Shown here piece after piece: positions 57,977 to 64,000 of a stretch of 64,000 bases of DNA. How positions within the stretch are numbered: the stretch's first letter is position 1; each line of letters starts with the position of its first letter. Origin of the DNA: an uncultured Chloroflexia bacterium (GTDB lineage Bacteria > Chloroflexota > Limnocylindria > Limnocylindrales > CSP1-4); assembly GCA_963828165.1 (NCBI GenBank), contig CAWHDR010000001.1:512001-576000 (forward strand). Reading direction: 5' to 3'. The position numbers and the translations under genes were made by a program. A model generated the notes under the pieces. That model was given only the letters and a program-made list of their open reading frames with translations, was not told where the DNA came from and searched no databases.

Positions 57977-60184
57977 CGACCTTGCCATCGCGGATCTCGC
58001 TGGCGCTCGCCCTGCACAACCACCAGCCGGTCGGCAACTTCGGCTGGGTCTTCGCCGAGGTGTTCGATCAGGCCTACGCGCCCATGATCGACGCGCTCGA
58101 GCGCCATCCCGGGGTGCGCGCTCTCGCTGCACTACACCGGGCCCGCTGCTGACCTGGCTCATCGCGGAGCGGCCGGAGGCCGATCGAGCGCCTGCGCGCG
58201 CTCGGTGACGCGCGGCCAGGTCGAGATCCTCGGCGGCGGCTTCTACGAGCCGGTGCTCGCGTCGCTGCCGGAGCGTGACCGCGATCGGGCAGCTGATCCG
58301 CATGGCCGACGAGCTGGAGTCGATGTTCGGGCGATCGGCCGCGCGGCGCGTGGCTGGCCGAGCGCGTCTGGGAGCCGGACCTGCCGACGTCGCTCGTCGC
58401 GTCGGGCTACGAGTGGACGATCCTCGACGACGCGCACTTCCGCGCCGCGGCGATCCCGGAGGAGGACCTCTGGGGCCCGTACACGACGGAGGACCAGGGC
58501 CACCTCCTGCGGGTGTTCGGCACGGAGCAGGGCCTGCGCTACCGGATCCCGTTCCGCGAGGTCGACGAGGTCATCGACTACCTGCGCGAGCACGCGACCG
58601 ACGCCGGCGACCGGGTCGGGATGATGGGCGACGACGGCGAGAAGTTCGGCGGCTGGCCGACGACCTGGGAGCACTGCTGGGGCGAGGGCCGCTGGGTCGA
58701 GCGGTTCTTCGAGGCGCTCGAGGCGAACGCCGACTGGCTGACGACGACGACCCCGTCAGCCTGGCTCGCCGACCACCCGCCGATCGGCCGCGTCTACATC
58801 CCGACCGGCTGCTACGCCGAGATGGGCGAGTGGGCGCTGCCGGCCGACGAGAGCCTGGTGTTCTCGGACGCTGCTCCACGCGCGCGCAGGACGGAGCGCC
58901 GCCCCGAGGCGCGCTGGCTGCGCGGCGCGTTCTGGCGCAACTTCCAGGTGAAGTACCGCGAGATCAACGACCTCCACAAGCAGATGCTGCGGGTGTCCGA
59001 AGCGGTGGCGGCGATGCCGCGACGGGCCCGGACCGCGACGCTGGCCATCGACCACCTCTACCAGGGCCAGTCGAACGACTGCTACTGGCACGGCCTGTTC
59101 GGCGGGATCTACATCAGCCACATGCGCGCTGGCGACCTACGAGCACCTCATCGCGGCCGAGGACCTCGCCGAGGCCGGCGACGGACACCCTCGTCGCCGC
59201 CGAGCGTCGCGACCTCGACATGGACGGGGTCGACGAGGTCCGGCTGGCCGATCGCGGGCAGGTCGTGACCGTCGATCTCGACGGGGGCGGCGGGCATCGG
59301 CGCCTGGGACATCCGGGCCGTCCGCCATGCGCTGACGGCGGTCATGCGCCGGCGGCCCGAGGCCTACCACGAGGTCCTGCGCGAGTTCGAGGCGGCCGGC
59401 GCGCGGGTCGGCGGGGACGCGGCGGCGGCGGCGGCGACGCCCCGGCCTCGATCCACGACGTCGTGCGGGTCAAGGAGCCCGGGCTCGCCGCGCGCCTCGT
59501 CTACGACGCCTACGAGCGTCGGTCCGGGCTGGTCCGGGCGCTCGGCCACGAGGTCTCGCGCCGAGGACTGGGCGCTGGCCCGCGCCGATCGATCTCGGCG
59601 ACGCCGTCGATGGCGCGTTCGAGCCTCGTCGAGCTCGGCACGCGGCCGGCTCGTCACCCGCCGCGAGGCCACGATCGGCGGAGACCGACGTCGGCGTGAC
59701 GCGGACGCTGACGCTCGGCGGCGACCGGCGGTCCCCGACGCTCGACGCTCGAGGTGGAGCTGGAGCACCGCGGCGGGCCGCCGCTCGACGCGCGGATCGG
59801 CATCGAGTGGTCGACGACGATGCTCGGTGGTGGCGGCAACCCGGCGGCGTGGTGGGAAGTGGCTGGCGAGCGGACCGGCCACGATGCCGGCCGGGTCCGC
59901 CGACGGACCTGACGACCGATCGCCCAGGGCAACGACCACATCGGGCTGTCCGTGACGACCACGACCGATGCGCCCGGCCGACGCCTGGTGGGCGCCGATC
60001 GAGACGATCTCGAACTCCGAGAACGGCTTCGAGCGCGTCTACCAGGGCAGCGGCCTGCTGCTCTCGTGGCCCGTCGCGCTCGCGGCCGGGCGAGCGCTGG
60101 TCCCGGACGATCCGCCACGCCGTCGCGACGACCCGAGTCGCGACCGGACGGGCTCGAGCGCCCCGCGTGAGCCGCGCTCGGTGA
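57973..60184 (+). CDS. GH57 alpha-amylase/4-alpha-glucanotransferase (multiple frameshifts)
   Basis: HNHQPVGNF, GGFYEP, WLAERVWEP, DDGEKFG, QSNDCYWHGLFGG, SENGFERVYQG. Confidence 0.85.
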
Positions 60185-61602
60185 GCCGGCCCGCGCTCGT
60201 CGTCCACGGCCACTTCTACCAGCCGCCGCGGCTCGACCCGTTCACGGGCACGATGCCGGTCGACCCGACCGCGGCACCGGCCCGCGACTGGAACGAGCGG
60301 ATCAGCGCCGACTGCTACCGGCCCAACGCCGAGCTCGGCAACCTCGGCGCGATGTCCTGGGACCTCGGGCCGACCCTGGCCGGCTGGCTGCAGGCCGGCG
60401 ACCCGATCGCGTACCGCGGGTTCGTCGACGGCGACCGCGGGGCGAACGGCATGGCCCAGCCCTTCCATCACACGATCCTGCCGCTCGCGTCGGCGGCCGA
60501 CCGGCTGACCGAGATCCGCTGGGGGCTGCGCGACTTCGAGGTCCGCTTCGGCCGCCGGCCCGACGGGATGTGGCTGCCAGAGACGGCCGTGGACCTGGCG
60601 ACGCTGCGGCTTCTCGTGGACGACGGCATCACCCACACCGTCCTCGCGCCGTGGCAGGTCGTCGGCGTCGACGGCGGGTGAGCTGGACACGCGCCGTCCG
60701 GTCCGGCTCGACCTGGGCGACGGCCGGTCGATCGTCGCGGTGCTGTACGACGGGCTGCTGTCGGCGGCCGTGTCGTTCGATCCGACGGCGACCGTCGACG
60801 CCGACTGGTTCGTGCGCGATCGGCTCGCTGCCCCGCCTCGCGCAGGAGCCGCTCCCCGGGGAGGCGCCACCGCTCGTCGTCATCGCCACGGACGGCGAGC
60901 TCTACGGCCACCACCAGCCGCTTCGCGACCAGTTCCTGGCGCGGCTCGTCGGCCGAGCCGCGCCGCCGGACGTGCCGTACGCCACGCCCACGCTGTCCGA
61001 GGCGATCGCGCGGGCCGCCGCGTCGGGGCCTGCCCGCCGCGACGGTTGCGCGATCGGACGTCGTGGAGCTGCCACCACGGCGTCGCCCGCTGGGGCGCGA
61101 GCTGCGACTGCGTCCCGGACGGCGCCTGGAAGGGGCCGCTCCGCGCAGCCCTCGACCGTCTGGCCGGCGGCGTCGATGCCGCCACCGAGCAGCTGGTGCG
61201 GGCCCTGCCCGGGCAGCCCGACCCCTGGGCGGCGCGCGATGCCTACGGTCGACGTCGTTGCTGGGGCTGGAGACCGGACGCCACGTTCGCGGATCGTGGC
61301 TCGCGCCGGCCGCCAGCGGCCGCGCGACCGCGCGACGTTCGCCGCGGTCATGGAGGCCCAGCGCTGGCGACTCGCGATGTTCGCGAGCTGCGGCTGGTTC
61401 TGGGACGATCCGGCCCGGATCGAGACCGCTGGCGCACTGCGGTCCGCCGTGCGCGCCGCACGCCTCGATGGACGGCCTGGCCGGCACCGACCTCGAGCGG
61501 CGGCTGGTCGCCGACCTGGCGCTCGTCACCGCCGACGGGATCGGCATCCTCGAGGCGGCGCTCACCGCGGTAGGCGCCGTCGGCTGGAGCCGACCGGTCT
61601 GA
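60181..61602 (+). CDS. GH57/DUF3536 protein (frameshifts)
   Basis: HGHFYQPPR, DWNERI, GMWLPETAVD, ATDGELYGHH, SWSCHHGV, MFASCGWFWD. Confidence 0.85.
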
Positions 61603-61640
61603 AACCGCCCCTCGCCGGAGTCTCGTACCATCGGTCAGTC

Positions 61641-62461
61641 ATGACCGCGCACGTGACCCTGTCCCGACGCCTCTTCCTTGCCGAACTCGGCCGGGGCACC
61701 GTCGCGCTCGCAGTCGTCGGGATCGCGGGGTGCACCCCCGCTGGATCCAGCGCGACCGGCGCGCAGGGTACGCCCTCACCCGCGCCGTCCGGCGCGACGT
61801 CGCCGGTCCCGTCGGCCAGCTCGGCCGGCTCGGCAGACCCGCCCCCTGGTTCGCCCGCCGCGCCGGGCGAAGGGGTGACGTGGGAACGGGTCAACCTCGG
61901 GTTCGTGTCCGCGTACATCCTCGCAAGAGGCGGCGAGGCGGCCGTCGTCGATACCGGGTCGGCGGGGAGCGAGGACGACATCGCCGCGGCCCTCGAACGG
62001 ATCGGCCTCGGCTGGAACGCCGTTGGCCACGTGATCGCCACGCACCTGCACAGTGACCACGTCGGCAGCCTCCCTGCGGTGCTCGAAGCCGCACCCGACG
62101 CGACTGGATATGCGGGTCCCGAGGACCTTCCGTCGATCGCAGCTCCGCGGCCGCTCGTCGCCCTCGCGGATGGCGACGATGTCTTCGGGCTGACAAGTCA
62201 TCGCGACGCCTGGCCACACGCCAGGCTCGATCTCGGTGCTCGACGAAGCCGGCGGCATCGTCGTGGTCGGCGACGCGCATCGGCACGTCCGGTGGAGCCG
62301 GTCCAGGGCTCGAACCCGCAGTTCACCGCGGACATGGACAGCAGCCGTGGCAGTCAGTGGCGAAGCTCGGGACCTTCGAGTTCGAGACGCTGCTCGTCGG
62401 CCACGGCGACCCGATCGTAGCGGCGCCTCCGATCTGGTCGCCGCGTACCAAGCCCAGCTGA
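61641..62461 (+). CDS. Tat-exported MBL-fold lipoprotein (frameshifts in 3' part)
   Basis: SRRLFL twin-Arg, lipobox IAGC, VDTG, THLHSDH, TPGHT, GD, GHG. Confidence 0.8.
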
Positions 62462-62586
62462 CGGCGCGCCGTCGACGTCCGGCGGGATCCCGAGAATCCG
62501 TCAGCCCGCGGCCTGCGCGCCACGGGCTGACGAGGGAGGAGGGCAGTGTCTTGACCGGGCGCGGCGTCCGCCCCGGCGGTGCGCAT

Positions 62587-62627
62587 TGCTATAGTGGATT
62601 AGGCCAAGTCGAACTCTAGGTTGGACT
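62587..62627 (+). promoter_or_regulatory. extended -10 and candidate GntR operator
   Basis: TGcTATAGT at 62587-62595; AGTCGAAC-N5-GTTGGACT imperfect palindrome at 62607-62627. Confidence 0.5.
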
Positions 62628-62635
62628 ACTGAGCT

Positions 62636-63675
62636 ATGTCAAGCGAAGCACCCGCGAATCCGAGCCGTCTCCGCCGGTAGCCGCGCCAGCACCGCCGGTG
62701 GAGCCTCGACGTCGAGCGCGACTCGGACGTCCCGATCTCCACCCAGATCTACTGGCAGCTGGCCTACCAGATCGATTCCGGGCAGGCTCCTGCCCGGCTC
62801 GCGCCTGCCACCCGGTCCGCGAGCTCGGGGCCGCGCTGCGGGTCAATCCGAACACGATCCGGGCGGTCTACCGCCGCCTCGCCGACGCCGGCTACGTCAC
62901 GAGCCGCCACGGGGCCGGGACCCACGTCGCCGACCGTCCGCCGCAGCGCCGTGGTGCGGAGGCGCTCGCCGGGGTCGTCGCCGAGATGCTCCGCCGCGCC
63001 GCCCACGCCGGCTTCACCGCCGACGAGGTCGCCGCCGCGACCTTCGCCGCCGCGACCGAGCGCAAGCGTCCGGGTCCGCTCGTCCGGGTCCTCTTCGCCG
63101 AGTGCACCAGCGCCGATGCCGGCTACGACGCCGAGCGCCTGGTCGACGCCTTCCCGGGCCTCATCGAGGTCGAGGGCGCGCTCATCGACGACCTGCCCGA
63201 ACGGCTGGATCGCTTCCACTACGACCTCGTCGCGACGACGACCTTCCACGCCGACGAGGCCCAGGTGCTGGCGGCCGGCCGGGTCCCGGTCGTGGCGATG
63301 CTCGTCGGACCGGGCTACCTCGAGCTGGTCCACGAGATCGCCGGCCTGAAGCCGGGCTCGCGGGTGGGCCTCGTCTGCCCGTCGGAGCGGGGCGCGGACA
63401 ACATGCTCGACGTCCTGCGCCTGTCGGGCGCGACCGGGATCGAGATCGTGACCGCGCTGACGACCGAGCCCGACGCGCTCGAGCAGGTCGATGCGACCGC
63501 CGACCTGATCCTCATGTCGCGCGAGGCGCTGGCCGCCGGCCTCGACCGCGCCCTGAGCCGGCCGGAACGGGTCCGCTCGTGGACGTACGAATTCGACCCG
63601 TCCGGGCTGGAGCTGCTCCGCCGCGCGATCGAGCACGCCGTCGCGGAACGACCGACCGAGGCGCTCGGGGCCTGA
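62636..63675 (+). CDS. GntR-family regulator with long C-terminal domain (frameshifts in 5' part)
   Basis: QIYWQLAYQIDSGRLLPGSRLP / PVRELGAALRVNPNTIRAVYRRL...GAGT; C-domain VLFAEC, TTTFH. Confidence 0.85.
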
Positions 63676-63750
63676 CGAGAACGGGGCCCAGCGCCTGACC
63701 CGGCGCGCGCGTCCTGACGCACGCACAAGCCCGTGCCATCCTTCGGCCCA

Positions 63751-64000
63751 ATGCGCGAGTTCCATGTTCGCCGGACGGCGCGCGAGCGCTACGCGATCGA
63801 TGACGCGCTGCTCGGCGCCCGTGGCGACCTCGTCGTCGCCGACCTCGCCGCGATCCGTCACCTCGCCGCGCGAATGAACTCGGTCCGGCCGGCGGGCGCG
63901 CCGTCGGTCGGGGCCGGCGAGATCGTGGCGCTCGGGCTGCTCCACGAGGTCGCCCACCTGCTGACCGCGCGGTTCGAGGCGCTCGCACGCGGGCACGATG
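63751..64000 (+). CDS. 5' part of a probable GH13 alpha-amylase-family protein
   Basis: MREFHVRRTARERYAIDDAL...AARMN...AGEIVALGLLHE, resembling the N-terminus of large GH13 proteins found in glycogen clusters; truncated by the window. Confidence 0.55.
   Translation, partial: MREFHVRRTARERYAIDDALLGARGDLVVADLAAIRHLAARMNSVRPAGAPSVGAGEIVALGLLHEVAHLLTARFEALARGHD

Noticed and set aside
55384-58152. 922-aa ORF suggesting a phosphorylase-GH57 fusion or recoding
   Set aside because: Mosaic of in-frame and off-frame segments from dense indels; glgP ends at 57976 and GH57 starts at an overlapping TTG.

Overview
A 64-kb, very GC-rich (about 70%), gene-dense bacterial chromosome segment. Gene content and style suggest a Chloroflexota (Limnocylindria-like) or actinobacteria-like soil organism; this is inference only. 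Most of it is core or housekeeping: sufB-sufD, osmC, TetR/MMPL, class III aminotransferases, CoA-transferase A/B, P5C-type ALDH, fabI, Fur with a NiCoT-like permease, kdpD/kdpE with a KimA-like transporter, a 4-gene ABC exporter, GGDEF, Ser/Thr kinase, mtnB, DEAD helicase, tRNA-Gly(TCC), PadR/PspC and a glycogen cluster (glgA, glgP, two GH57, GH13). No CRISPR, integrase or transposase was seen. The most unusual region is 11.3-23.4 kb: a soluble-adenylyl-cyclase-like AC-STAND-TPR gene; then a secreted protein of about 1690 aa with an 18x PSAFS pentapeptide repeat inserted inside a PPC-like domain ahead of a gingipain/caspase-fold (C25-like) protease domain; then an ECF sigma/anti-sigma/lipoprotein module with two matching promoters. 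Also notable are a dispersed 28-bp repeat family in (+,+,-) triplets, two orphan 3' gene remnants, a sortase-like protein with Cys->Ser, and a KdpE-type direct repeat upstream of kimA. Frameshifts become dense after about 53.7 kb and probably reflect consensus errors.
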